Translations under genes and position numbers: made by a program
Source: Candidatus Udaeobacter sp.
GTDB taxonomy: Bacteria; Verrucomicrobiota; Verrucomicrobiia; Chthoniobacterales; UBA10450
DNA length: 64,000 nt
Assembly (NCBI GenBank): GCA_036278715.1
Contig: DASUKN010000105.1
Coordinates: 6,042-70,041, forward strand
Direction of reading: 5' to 3'
In this document: in pieces, positions 54,133 to 63,893 of the stretch
How positions within the stretch are numbered: the stretch's first letter is position 1
How the letters are laid out: every line of letters begins with the position of its first letter
Notes under the pieces: model-generated
Database searches by the model: none
Told to the model about the DNA's origin: nothing
The model's input: the letters and a program-made list of their open reading frames with translations, nothing else

Positions 54133-55602
54133 ATGACTATGGAAGGACTTCGTCTTGTACCCCTAAGCGCATACCACATCGATTGCCGGACCCTTGAGGT
54201 GGAGCCAGGCGCATCTTTGGAAGAGATAAAACAGGCTTACCGCGATCAGACAAAGGTGTGGCACCCGGATCGATTCACGAATGACCTCAGGCTACAGAAG
54301 AAAGCTGAGGAAAAAATCAAACAAATCAGTCTGGCTTATCGTCGACTTTGCGGGCTGTCGCCATATGAGCAGCAGGCGCCCCGTCCCGCTGTACTCCGCT
54401 CTTCGTCGGATTGGGCGATCGCTTTCTTCGCTCTCGGTCGGGCGCTTAGGAACACCTTGACCGTTATCTTAAAGCCATTCGTCTGGTTGATACGAACAGC
54501 AGCCGCGATCTGCAACGGTATCTTTCAGTGGTGCTGTCGTGAGAGAAAATCGCTGGCGATCGCTACGAGCGCGTTCGTCCTCGGATTCGGTTTCGGTGTA
54601 TGGTTTTTGCCGCGGGACTCTGAGACTTGGATGAAAGTTACCAGTCTGTTCCAGGGCAACATTGAAAAGAATGGAACTGCGCAGGTGGTAGGCGAGGCTG
54701 CCGCTGCGGCTCCGACCGCCTCTCCTAACACGGCAGTAACTGCTACCCCTTCGCCGCAGGTAGAGGCATCACTGCCCCCGTGGTCGTTTGGCGCGAACTC
54801 AGACCTGACAATAGATTTGGCATCGCAAAATGTTTTCGTCACGCCGGCCTTCGGGCGCAGCGAACAGGAGCTGACAGGGGAGGTGTCGTCACCGTTCGAG
54901 AGCGCTCACACGCAAGATGGGCAGCAAAGCGTTGGAGAAGATTATGCTGAACGAATGGGACACGGTAGTTACATACCTATCTCATTCGTATCGCAGGAAA
55001 GTACTTTATATTTTGCGTTGGCGTACAACGACATTGAACACGAACAACAGACCAACGCCGACCAGCCAGAGGTACTCCCGTGGTCCAGAAAGATTCATGT
55101 CCAGCCGCATAGCATCGTTACGAGGCAGCAACCGGACGAGAATACAGAAGCAAACCATGCGCATCCAGCCGTAACGGAATCACCGCACGCCGCTACCCGC
55201 TGGACAGGTGTTACCTCCGTTGCGCGTTCCGGAGTTACACTGGAGAAAGAGTTGGACGAGAGCAAAAGGCCCGCGAACCATGTTTCTATCAAACCACTGC
55301 AAGTCCATCGCGTCCCTTCTGAAGGCCCAACCACGGCCGTTGCCAAACCAGTTACCACCTATGCACCGCGCCCCGAATATCCAGAGGAAGCCCGTTCCCG
55401 GCGCATTGCAGGCAGTGGAGTTTGCGTCGTGTCGGTTGATCCTCTTACTGGCAGGGTTCGCGACACTTCAATGGCGGAGAGCACAGGAAGTTTGCTCTTG
55501 GATAAGTCAGTTCTCAGGACACTTCGTACCTGGAAATTCAAACCAGGAACAGTGTCGGAGGTCAGCGTCCCCGTTGAGTTCACAAGAGACGAAGAACGAT
55601 AA
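54133..55602 (+). CDS. J-domain (DnaJ-like) membrane protein with C-terminal TonB energy-transducer domain
   Basis: J domain with HPD (LEEIKQAYRDQTKVWHPDRF), TM helix LAIATSAFVLGFGFGVWFL, long linker. TonB_C: PEYPEEARSRRIAGSGVCVVSVDPLTGRV...LDKSVLRTLRTWKFKPG. Confidence 0.7.
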   Translation: MTMEGLRLVPLSAYHIDCRTLEVEPGASLEEIKQAYRDQTKVWHPDRFTNDLRLQKKAEEKIKQISLAYRRLCGLSPYEQQAPRPAVLRSSSDWAIAFFALGRALRNTLTVILKPFVWLIRTAAAICNGIFQWCCRERKSLAIATSAFVLGFGFGVWFLPRDSETWMKVTSLFQGNIEKNGTAQVVGEAAAAAPTASPNTAVTATPSPQVEASLPPWSFGANSDLTIDLASQNVFVTPAFGRSEQELTGEVSSPFESAHTQDGQQSVGEDYAERMGHGSYIPISFVSQESTLYFALAYNDIEHEQQTNADQPEVLPWSRKIHVQPHSIVTRQQPDENTEANHAHPAVTESPHAATRWTGVTSVARSGVTLEKELDESKRPANHVSIKPLQVHRVPSEGPTTAVAKPVTTYAPRPEYPEEARSRRIAGSGVCVVSVDPLTGRVRDTSMAESTGSLLLDKSVLRTLRTWKFKPGTVSEVSVPVEFTRDEER

Positions 55603-55651
55603 GTCGGTTCCCTCGCTTAAGCATTGTAACGTGCGCGTTGGCAGCAGTTTT

Positions 55652-57244
55652 TCACACATTCGGACGCACCACGGACCTGCGATACATCAGCAACCCCACC
55701 AATCCGAGCACTAGGAGGAACACAGTGGAACCGGCGTCGGGAACGGAAACATTGCCTGCCGCTACAGTGAGAAGGGCATAGGTGGGAAAATAACTAATCT
55801 CCCAATGCTCGGCCAGGTCATCGATGTTGCGGTTACGCATCAACAATGTCCCGTTCACAGCGCCTGCAGTTAAAAACGTAAACGAGTCGCCAACGCCTGG
55901 GACAAAGCCGTTCAGAAGCACGACGCTGAGTTGCCCACCCAGATTAGCAGTGCCAAGCACGTTCAAAGCACCGAACTCATGGGTGTTCGCAATCTGGATC
56001 ATGAGCGTGGCGTAGTTCGCTTGCGTGAAACTGCTGACCGTCAATGTGCCTGTCGGACTGCCTGGGCTGACGGTACCCTGATTGCTAAGAGTACCATGGA
56101 TTGTCCCTGTGCCAGTAAGCGTGCCCTGACGGTTTACCAGTGTGTTGCTTGTAGTAGAGCCATCCACCTGTAGCACACCACGATTGACCTTTGTGTCGCC
56201 AGTGTACGTGCTGTTACCAGACAGAATGAGCGTTCCGGTACCGACCTTTGTCAATGAGCCGCGCATGCCCTGAATTGTGCCGGCAAAAGTGGTGCTAAGG
56301 TTATTGGTGCCAACGGTCAAATTGTTGGCTCCTAGCTCAACGGAAGCACTTTCATCCCCCGCTAATGAGCCGATCGTGACGCCCGGAGCGTTGTGACCAC
56401 TAATGTCAAGCGTGCTAGCGACCTCTTCAGCAAAGTCGAAAAAAAGTCCAATGGCCGCTATACCGCCCTTCGAAGAGCCGGAAAAAATTATATCTACTCC
56501 GGCGCCGCTGATATCGGCATTACCAGCAGTCGAAAAATCGGAAAACTGGATGAGGTTCGGGAAACCTAACGTGGGTCCGACGACGATAATCGCGTTATCT
56601 GCACTGGAGTGATCCAGGAAACTTACCACGCTAAACTCTCCGAGGCGTATGGTGGCAGCACCAGCCGTGGAATTGTCGTGAAAACTTACGAATTCGCCCA
56701 CCGCATTGGTGGTGTCGATCTGCGCGCTACCCGCAGTGGAGTTGTCGAAAAAATTTACGGCGTCTTCGCCAGCGAAGGGAAGGATAAGCGCATTACCTGC
56801 AGTCGAGTGGTTGGAAAAGTTTATAGATCCGCCATCAGGCTCAATAGTTGCATCCCCCGCGCTAGCGGAGTTCGTGAAAATCATTTGCGCCCCAGCTATA
56901 TGGAAAGTCTGTCCGCTCCCGGAGTTGTTCACAACCCCGCTACCGCTAAGAGTGAGCGTAACATTCGGGTTGACGGTGATGGAGTACGGATTCGTCGCCG
57001 CCGGCGCGAAGACGATGCTGTCGACCTCGGTATTCGCGGAAATCGAAACATTCGTAGTGTTCGAAAGGCCGAATGTCGCAATGTCATTGGCACCATTAGG
57101 CACTTGATTTGGCGTCCAATTGGCAGGCGTATTCCAGTCCCCCGACAACGGATTGAGATCCCATTGCGCGCTGGTCGCGTAGCTAGCAGTTGGAACAAGT
57201 AACATGAAAGCGCAGCCAAACGCTGCACTGATGAGCGTTTTCAT
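55652..57244 (-). CDS. Autotransporter-associated beta-strand repeat protein with PEP-CTERM sorting signal
   Basis: Start moved to ATG 57244 (signal peptide). PATR repeat LTKVGTGTLILSGNSTYTGDTKVNRGVLQV. C-terminal VPDAGSTVFLLVLGLVGLLMYRR. Confidence 0.8.
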   Translation of the reverse strand: MKTLISAAFGCAFMLLVPTASYATSAQWDLNPLSGDWNTPANWTPNQVPNGANDIATFGLSNTTNVSISANTEVDSIVFAPAATNPYSITVNPNVTLTLSGSGVVNNSGSGQTFHIAGAQMIFTNSASAGDATIEPDGGSINFSNHSTAGNALILPFAGEDAVNFFDNSTAGSAQIDTTNAVGEFVSFHDNSTAGAATIRLGEFSVVSFLDHSSADNAIIVVGPTLGFPNLIQFSDFSTAGNADISGAGVDIIFSGSSKGGIAAIGLFFDFAEEVASTLDISGHNAPGVTIGSLAGDESASVELGANNLTVGTNNLSTTFAGTIQGMRGSLTKVGTGTLILSGNSTYTGDTKVNRGVLQVDGSTTSNTLVNRQGTLTGTGTIHGTLSNQGTVSPGSPTGTLTVSSFTQANYATLMIQIANTHEFGALNVLGTANLGGQLSVVLLNGFVPGVGDSFTFLTAGAVNGTLLMRNRNIDDLAEHWEISYFPTYALLTVAAGNVSVPDAGSTVFLLVLGLVGLLMYRRSVVRPNV

Positions 57245-57464
57245 AGGAATAATCTCGGCTGGGTGCGGCAGAACGGTCAGTGCCGCAGCTAGACAGTTAC
57301 TCAGCACACGCAGTGCCAGAAGCGCGACTTACCTAAGAAAGGTCGAAGTGATGTCTCGAAAACAACTTAGACGAATCGCGTGACGCAACTTCTGGCGTTC
57401 GGACGTGCGAATTCCGTAACCTATTCCGACGCTGTCAGGAATTCCGACGATTAACCGATCGAGA

Positions 57465-59081
57465 CTAGCTGCCGAAGCTCGTCGAAGCAGTAGCGGCTGA
57501 AGTTGTGCCGGGATCGACGACCCCGGCTGCAGGGGTTGTCGGTCGCCGCAGCATCAACGCGACATTAACTATCTCGCACTTTAGCCACCGACGCAGCCCG
57601 CGTGAGAATTGCTTACGCAGCCGCGCGTCGGGAACGAAACCGTCGTAAAGTTCGCGCCAGCCGGCGTTTCGCCTGCCATAGTAGCCAGTCGCCCATCTGC
57701 GGTTGGCTATAGTCGTTAGGCGGCGGCTGTAAAAATTCATTATTTTTCGCACGAACTTACCGCCGTGCCCGCTGAACGGTAAATGGAGAAATTCGCGTTC
57801 CGGGTCGCGATAGACTGCTCTTACCAAACCTGTGTAATAACTGCTTACGTCGAGCAGCAACGCTGTGGACATCAACTCTGCGTCGCCCATGTAAAAGTAC
57901 TTGTCCTTGTATAGACTCTCGAACCACGAACGGTAAGCAACCGGGTATTGTTCGTTGTAATGGCGAACGCTCTCGGCGACATCCTCGCCTGCCAGACTAC
58001 GCGCAACAAAACGCGCCACGTAATAGGAAGTGTAGGAACAAAAATCGAGACCCGGACTATAAAGCGGATCAATAAACCCGGCCGCATCGCCCACCATGGC
58101 CCAGCCGTCATCGCAAACTTTTTCGCTGTAGTACGGCAGCGCCGAGAGCGCATGCACGTCGCCTTCGATTACTTTCGCTGCGCCGAAAATCTCACGCCCG
58201 ACGGGATGTTGCAAAATGTGCGCGTGCAGTCGTTGGCCCAGACTCGGTCCCTCTGGAAATTTGAAAATGCGGCTGTCGTAAACAATACCGGCACTGACAT
58301 CGCCGCCCTGCAACGGAATGATCCAGACCCACCAGCCGCGTCCGAAAAGATGATTGGTTGCCCATTCGCGCCCAGTGCGACAATCATTCGCGTAATCGGG
58401 AAATCGTTCCCGCCATTCGTAGCTGTCCCATTCTTTAACGCCGCTGAACCGCGCCCAGACCGCGTTGATGGGGTGCTCGGTATTCAGACGAAAATGTCCG
58501 AGCTTTCGCGCGAACATGGCCGCCCGGCCTGTTGCGTCAATGATCCAACGGCAGGTAGCGGTACGTTCGCCTGATTGTGGATCCTGCGAGCCCGCTTTGC
58601 CCGGCGTCGCGGAGCTCCGCCCTCCATTGGTCACAACGCTAACTTTTTGTCCGTTGGCGCCATTCAACTCGAAACTTGTAACTTTTGCGGGACGCCATAA
58701 ATCGCATCCGGAACGGCAAGCCAGCTCGAGCATGTGCGAATCGAGTTTGGCGCGATCGACTTGAAACCCGGGCAGCCGACTCTGGTAACGTGTGCCGATC
58801 TCGACGCAATCAATAAACGGTTGATCGGGCCGGTTCGAAAACCAGAGACGCAATCCCTGTTTTGGAAGGTGATGATGTCCAAGATAATGCGTCAACCCCA
58901 AAATCCGCGTCATGTAACAACTGCTCACTTCAGTCGTCGATTCGCCCACCTTGCGATCGAATGCGGTTGTCTTTTCGATGATCAAAACACGCGCTTCGGG
59001 AAGTTTACGTTTCAGCATGAGCGCGGTTGCCGCGCCGGAAAACGCGCCTCCGATGATCACGACGTCATAATCGTAGTTCAT
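57465..59081 (-). CDS. Flavin-dependent halogenase-like FAD monooxygenase
   Basis: Start moved to ATG 59081 (MNYDYDVVIIGGAFSGAATA, GxGxxG). KVGESTTE (Lys block), GWWVWIIPL (WxWxIP), FIDPLYSPGLD. Confidence 0.65.
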   Translation of the reverse strand: MNYDYDVVIIGGAFSGAATALMLKRKLPEARVLIIEKTTAFDRKVGESTTEVSSCYMTRILGLTHYLGHHHLPKQGLRLWFSNRPDQPFIDCVEIGTRYQSRLPGFQVDRAKLDSHMLELACRSGCDLWRPAKVTSFELNGANGQKVSVVTNGGRSSATPGKAGSQDPQSGERTATCRWIIDATGRAAMFARKLGHFRLNTEHPINAVWARFSGVKEWDSYEWRERFPDYANDCRTGREWATNHLFGRGWWVWIIPLQGGDVSAGIVYDSRIFKFPEGPSLGQRLHAHILQHPVGREIFGAAKVIEGDVHALSALPYYSEKVCDDGWAMVGDAAGFIDPLYSPGLDFCSYTSYYVARFVARSLAGEDVAESVRHYNEQYPVAYRSWFESLYKDKYFYMGDAELMSTALLLDVSSYYTGLVRAVYRDPEREFLHLPFSGHGGKFVRKIMNFYSRRLTTIANRRWATGYYGRRNAGWRELYDGFVPDARLRKQFSRGLRRWLKCEIVNVALMLRRPTTPAAGVVDPGTTSAATASTSFGS

Positions 59082-59228
59082 CGCCCGAACAGGATGGCCT
59101 TTATACCGCTCTAGAGCAAGAGCGTCGAGTGAGGCAAACAACCGTCTCTGCGTCGAGAGCGAGGACAGCACTGACTATTTCGGTTGAGCCTACATTGTCG
59201 TGCAGGCAGGATTGCCTGCATCACGAGA

Positions 59229-60380
59229 ATGATCTTTACTAACGCGCGTTTGATTTTCCCCGATGAAATTCGCGAGGGGATTGATGTTGTCGTAGCAGAC
59301 GGAAAAATCGCTGCAATAAACGCGCGATCGTCGACCGATCGAAGAGATGAGGTCATCGATCTGAATGGAAATTATCTTGCGCCCGGTTTCATCGATCTCC
59401 ATGTGCACGGCGCGGTCGGCCGCGATACGATGGAAGCATCGGCAGACGCATTTAAGGCGATTTGCGATTTCCACGCGACTGGCGGAACGACCTCGCTTCT
59501 CCTCACGACAGTGACAGCGCCACTCGACCAGATCGTGAAAGTGTTGGAAGGCTCTCGCAAAATTCGATCAACGATTAGTGCGATTGCCGGCATTCATGTC
59601 GAAGGACCATTCATCTCGAAACGAAAAGCAGGAGCGCAACGCACCGAATTCATTCAGGATCCTTCACCTGCTGCAGTGCGGCATCTGCTCGGATACGGGG
59701 ACGTTCTGAAGCGTGTCACGATCGCGCCTGAACTGCCGGGAGCGCTGAATGCAATAGAGGCACTACACGAGCATGGAATCAGCGTGAGCGGCGGACATAG
59801 CGACGCCTGGGACGAAGATGCCCAGGCCGGATTTAATCGTGGCATGCGCAGCGTAACGCACACATTTAACTGCATGTCGAGCGGACGGCGTCGTGGCGTT
59901 CATCGCGTCGCCGGTTTGCTTGAGTTTGCACTGAGCGAATCGGCAGTCAGTTGTGAACTAATCGCCGACGGCCATCACGTTTCACCCACTCTAATGAAAA
60001 TGTTGTACCGCGCGAAAGGTCCACAGGGAATCTGTCTGATCACTGATGCAACCGCCGGTGCTGGATTGCCGGAAGGATCCGCGTTTTCGCTCTCGGGCAA
60101 GGATTGCGTCGTGGAAGATGGAGCCTGCCTTCTCGCTGACCGTTCAGCGCTTGCCGGCAGTGCGGCGCGAATGATCGATGTGGTCCGCACGATGGTGCGC
60201 GACGTTGAGGTTCCTTTAAATGAAGCCGTCGCCATGGCGACTCAAAATCCTGCGCGCGCGATCGGCCTGGAAACGAAAGGTCGTCTGGCTATCGGAGCGC
60301 ACGCCGATTTCGTTGTGCTTTCGCCGAAAATGCAAGTTGTGCGAACGTTTGCCGCTGGCCGAGAGATTTGGTCTGGTTAA
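59229..60380 (+). CDS. nagA: N-acetylglucosamine-6-phosphate deacetylase
   Basis: Start moved to ATG 59229. APGFIDLHVHGAVG, IAPE, HTFN, ITDA are amidohydrolase NagA blocks. Confidence 0.85.
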   Translation: MIFTNARLIFPDEIREGIDVVVADGKIAAINARSSTDRRDEVIDLNGNYLAPGFIDLHVHGAVGRDTMEASADAFKAICDFHATGGTTSLLLTTVTAPLDQIVKVLEGSRKIRSTISAIAGIHVEGPFISKRKAGAQRTEFIQDPSPAAVRHLLGYGDVLKRVTIAPELPGALNAIEALHEHGISVSGGHSDAWDEDAQAGFNRGMRSVTHTFNCMSSGRRRGVHRVAGLLEFALSESAVSCELIADGHHVSPTLMKMLYRAKGPQGICLITDATAGAGLPEGSAFSLSGKDCVVEDGACLLADRSALAGSAARMIDVVRTMVRDVEVPLNEAVAMATQNPARAIGLETKGRLAIGAHADFVVLSPKMQVVRTFAAGREIWSG

Positions 60381-60474
60381 CACAGCGGGTTAAAGCGGGC
60401 GTAAATCGCCTGACCAACACCCACCCGTTTCAACCGTTTTGCCGGAAACAGTGGAAAGCGTTGTTAAGAACATT

Positions 60475-61563
60475 CTACAGCGTCATCAGAAATTCCGAGA
60501 TGTCGAGCGCGGCGCGTGGGCGGCTGAGCTTGCTGATATTGCCAGCCCATTCCCGCCATTGTTTCGCATCGTCATCGAACGCGCGCCGCACCTGATTGAC
60601 AACCTCTCGTGGCGAGTGCGCAATCACGCCTGAATTCGTTTCGACGATTAGTTGCGCATTGCCCTCCTCCTGGCCAGCAACGACGTGATTGATAATCATG
60701 GGACATTTCGCAGCAACCGCTTCCTGGACTGTGGCGCCACCGGCTTTGCCAATGAGCAAATGGTTTTCGTGCATCATACGAGGAAGTTCGTTTGTCCAGC
60801 CAACAATGTTGATTCGGTGACCATCTGCGGCTGCTTCGATCTCGGACCGGAGCTCATCATTGCGCCCGATTGTGACGGTAAGATCCAGATCAAGCTTTGC
60901 GAGAATGCGGACCAGTTCCGGTGCGCCCCGCTTGGCGACATTGATCATGTACAAAACCCGCCGATTGGAGCTCGCGGAAGGCAATGGGCGGTCTTCAGTG
61001 AAATCTGCAAATTTTGGACTCACCGGAAACCCAAACACCCTGATTTTATCGGGTGCGACACCGTTGGTCCGCAGCACGTCCGCGCTTTGCTCGTTTGCAA
61101 CAATGAAATAATCGGCAGGACTACGATACCAGGATGCGTTGATAGTGATTGAGTCTGTGACAATGACTACACATTTACAGACTCTGTTGGCTCCTAAAAT
61201 CTCGTGCAGCACATTGGCATACGAGGGGAAAGAACAGACTACAATGTCTGGCTGAAAACGGTCCAGCACGGGAGCAAACTGGGCCTTCAACCGGGTCAGT
61301 CGCCGGAATTCCGTGTCGTAATTTGTCTTTCGATCCAGCCAGCGATAGACCACTCCCCAGGCATGCGGGGCGTAATCTATCAGCGCGAGATAACTCCGCC
61401 GCACCAGCTCGTTGAGCCAACCGTATGCTTCGGCGAACAGGTCGCGCAATTCCACCGTCGCCCGGTCCGCAGCGATACGAGCCAGCCCGTCGCGCACCGC
61501 TCTCGCAGCGGTGTTGTGACCCTCTCCGAAGCCGGCGGTCAGGATCAATATTTTCTTCTTCAT
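60475..61563 (-). CDS. Glycosyltransferase, MGDG-synthase/GT28-like (diacylglycerol glycosyltransferase family)
   Basis: MKKKILILTAGFGEGHNTAARAV N-terminal MGDG_synth block. C-terminal GT-B domain (GKAGGATVQEA). Confidence 0.7.
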   Translation of the reverse strand: MKKKILILTAGFGEGHNTAARAVRDGLARIAADRATVELRDLFAEAYGWLNELVRRSYLALIDYAPHAWGVVYRWLDRKTNYDTEFRRLTRLKAQFAPVLDRFQPDIVVCSFPSYANVLHEILGANRVCKCVVIVTDSITINASWYRSPADYFIVANEQSADVLRTNGVAPDKIRVFGFPVSPKFADFTEDRPLPSASSNRRVLYMINVAKRGAPELVRILAKLDLDLTVTIGRNDELRSEIEAAADGHRINIVGWTNELPRMMHENHLLIGKAGGATVQEAVAAKCPMIINHVVAGQEEGNAQLIVETNSGVIAHSPREVVNQVRRAFDDDAKQWREWAGNISKLSRPRAALDISEFLMTL

Positions 61564-61677
61564 CAGGGGACTCGAACTACGATCAAAGCCAGAAGCAGAT
61601 GGAAGTCACTCGCGAAAGCCCGCGACTGCGGAGACTTTAATGGATATTTGTGACCCGCAAAGTAAACTCCTCCGGAG

Positions 61678-62571
61678 ATGAAATATCTCAGATTTATTTG
61701 GAGTGTTGCGCGCCGGCTGATCTGGGAAACTGCAACGGATAACACGACCGGGCTCGCCGCGCAGATGGCCTATCTGCTTCTTTTTGCGCTAGCTCCCGGA
61801 ACCTTGTTTCTCTGGCATCTACTGGGTCTGTTCGGCACGGATCCGACCAAATTACACCGGATGTATGTGCTGTTACGGAGCTTCATGCCGCCGGATCCAA
61901 AAGTGCAGGACATTCTGGATTCTGCCATAGCGAGCGTCGTGGTGACGGGCACAAGCGGACTGCTCGCGAATGCCGGCATCATTCTCGGAATTTATTTCGG
62001 GACGATTTTCATCGCCACAGTTTCACGCGCACTCAGTCAGATGCACGGAGTCCAGGAAGACCGTCATTGGTGGTCCAAATATATCATCTCATTTTTCATG
62101 CTTTTTTGGTTTGGGATTGTCATCGTATTTAGTTTTAATGCCGTCGTTTTTGGCGAAAAGCTTGCCGGGATTGCAGAAGTAAATTGGCAACTCTCATTTC
62201 CGCTCCAGGCATGGATCGCGCGGCTGAATCTTCCGTTGACTGGCGTGGCGCTGGTCGGGCTCGCCCTTGCGCTTTATCTTTTGACGCCGGAAAACTATTT
62301 GACGATCCGTCAGGCATTGCCCGGCGCGATTTTCTTTGCGGTCTTCTGGATCATCGCAACGAAGCTTTTCCAGCTGTACGTAGTTCGATATGATCGTTAC
62401 AACCCGACTTATCTCGCGCTGGCATCGATCATTGTACTGCTCACATGGATGTATCTCACTTGTCTACTCCTATTACTTGGAGGCAAACTGAACGCCATCA
62501 TCCGGCGTCAACGCGAGAAGATGCGTGTGGTCGAGCCTCTCACGCCCGCGCCGGCGGCACCAGTCAGCTGA
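61678..62571 (+). CDS. YihY/BrkB family inner membrane protein
   Basis: GLAAQMAYLLLFALAPG block, six TM helices, about 300 aa. Confidence 0.7.
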   Translation: MKYLRFIWSVARRLIWETATDNTTGLAAQMAYLLLFALAPGTLFLWHLLGLFGTDPTKLHRMYVLLRSFMPPDPKVQDILDSAIASVVVTGTSGLLANAGIILGIYFGTIFIATVSRALSQMHGVQEDRHWWSKYIISFFMLFWFGIVIVFSFNAVVFGEKLAGIAEVNWQLSFPLQAWIARLNLPLTGVALVGLALALYLLTPENYLTIRQALPGAIFFAVFWIIATKLFQLYVVRYDRYNPTYLALASIIVLLTWMYLTCLLLLLGGKLNAIIRRQREKMRVVEPLTPAPAAPVS

Positions 62572-62660
62572 TCGCTCGAGTCGATCGAAGTTGACCGAAC
62601 CCGGAAGTCAAAAGTCAGCGCCTTGCTCTTAAATTTTTTCATAAATCAATGCGCTAACCG

Positions 62661-63743
62661 TTGATCGCATCGCGCACTCTGTTACTCTCCGTTGCAGTGC
62701 TGCGCTTTCGCATTTGGCTCGCAACCGCGCTTGCATTTGGCGCATTGATCACCGGTCTGCTGCGCGCCGAAGTCAGTGAAGAAAAACGGCGCGATCAATC
62801 CGAGGAAACCGGGACACGCTCGGCGTCCACTCCAAAACCGAAAAAATCTCCAACGCCAAAAGGGAAGCACCGGCACACTCCCACGCCGAGACCAAAAACA
62901 GGAAAGACCAAATCCGACGGTAAAAAGGCCTCGAGCAAAACGACAAAAACCGCGAAGTCGAAGTCGGCGGTAAAAGAAGAAACCCCCAGGCCGCGCAAGA
63001 CGCCGACGCCCCAAATAGAAGAAGCGCGCGCCGGATCCGAAACGCCGGCGCCGCCGCCACGGGCAATTGCGCTGCCAACGGCAATCCCCTCGCCACAGCC
63101 CGGGACCACGCGTCCCGTTTCAGCCGGCGGACCGCCTCAGGTTGTCATCGAAAAATCCGGCATCGAGGAGGACCAGGGATTGGAGCCTCCGCCATCGCCG
63201 CCGCCGCGGCGAGGTTTTTGGCCGTGGAGCCGCCCGGTCAGCTATCGTTACCTAACGAGTTCGGTCATCGATGCGATCCGGCGTGCGCCGGTGAAACGAC
63301 GCAGGTGGCAGTTCATTGTGGTACACAATAGCGGTACTCGGCAGGGAAACGCCCGGGTGTTCGACTATTACCACAAACATGTTCGGCGGATGCAGAACGG
63401 TCTCGCTTATCATTTTGTGATCGGCAACGGGACCTCAACCGGCAATGGACAGGTCGAAGTTGGTGATCGGTGGCGGCGCCAGATCAATGGCGGCCATGTG
63501 CATAGCGATTATCTGAACAATATCTCGCTCGGAATTTGTCTTGTGGGCGATTTCAACCGGGACCAGCCGACCCGCGCACAGCTCGACGCGTGCGAGGAAC
63601 TCATCCGCTATTTGAGAAACCGTTGCGGCAAAACCGAGAGAGGCACGATACCGGTGAAGCCACACCGGGACATCAATCCGCCGCGCTGGCCCACCGATTG
63701 CCCAGGCGATGCTTTTCCTTACTCGTGGTTCCGCCGGTTCTAA
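62661..63743 (+). CDS. N-acetylmuramoyl-L-alanine amidase (Amidase_2/PGRP-AmpD fold) with Lys/Pro/Thr-rich linker
   Basis: TTG start. TM anchor, then low-complexity TPKPKKSPTPKGK region. Then FIVVHNSG, YHFVIGNG, ICLVGDF, HRDIN...TDCPG. Confidence 0.75.
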   Translation: MIASRTLLLSVAVLRFRIWLATALAFGALITGLLRAEVSEEKRRDQSEETGTRSASTPKPKKSPTPKGKHRHTPTPRPKTGKTKSDGKKASSKTTKTAKSKSAVKEETPRPRKTPTPQIEEARAGSETPAPPPRAIALPTAIPSPQPGTTRPVSAGGPPQVVIEKSGIEEDQGLEPPPSPPPRRGFWPWSRPVSYRYLTSSVIDAIRRAPVKRRRWQFIVVHNSGTRQGNARVFDYYHKHVRRMQNGLAYHFVIGNGTSTGNGQVEVGDRWRRQINGGHVHSDYLNNISLGICLVGDFNRDQPTRAQLDACEELIRYLRNRCGKTERGTIPVKPHRDINPPRWPTDCPGDAFPYSWFRRF

Positions 63744-63837
63744 AGTTTCCCTGAGCGGATCCCGCAGGCGCGGGAAAAGTCGAATAATCCCGGGAGTCAC
63801 CGACAGTTTTGGCGACGGGATTTGAAGGCCTGGCCTC

Positions 63838-63857
63838 GCCCCGAACAGTTTCGGGGC
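63838..63857. terminator. Stem-loop between convergent genes (possible bidirectional terminator)
   Basis: gccccgaa-cagt-ttcggggc, a perfect 8-bp stem. No strong T-run. Confidence 0.35.
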
Positions 63858-63893
63858 TGCGTTGCAGGTCGACTTCTCTCCAGATGAAACATT

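Noticed and set aside
3724-63259. The 9-mer CCTAACGAG occurs six times on the plus strand (approx. 3724, 11916, 18281, 21598, 35634, 63251), twice as TACCTAACGAG.
   Set aside because: Two of the six copies lie in the duplicated 650-bp module. The rest sit in unrelated contexts: coding, a stop-codon region and intergenic DNA. A rough Poisson estimate over all 9-mers makes five independent hits unremarkable, and repeated 11-mer pairs are expected by chance in 64 kb.
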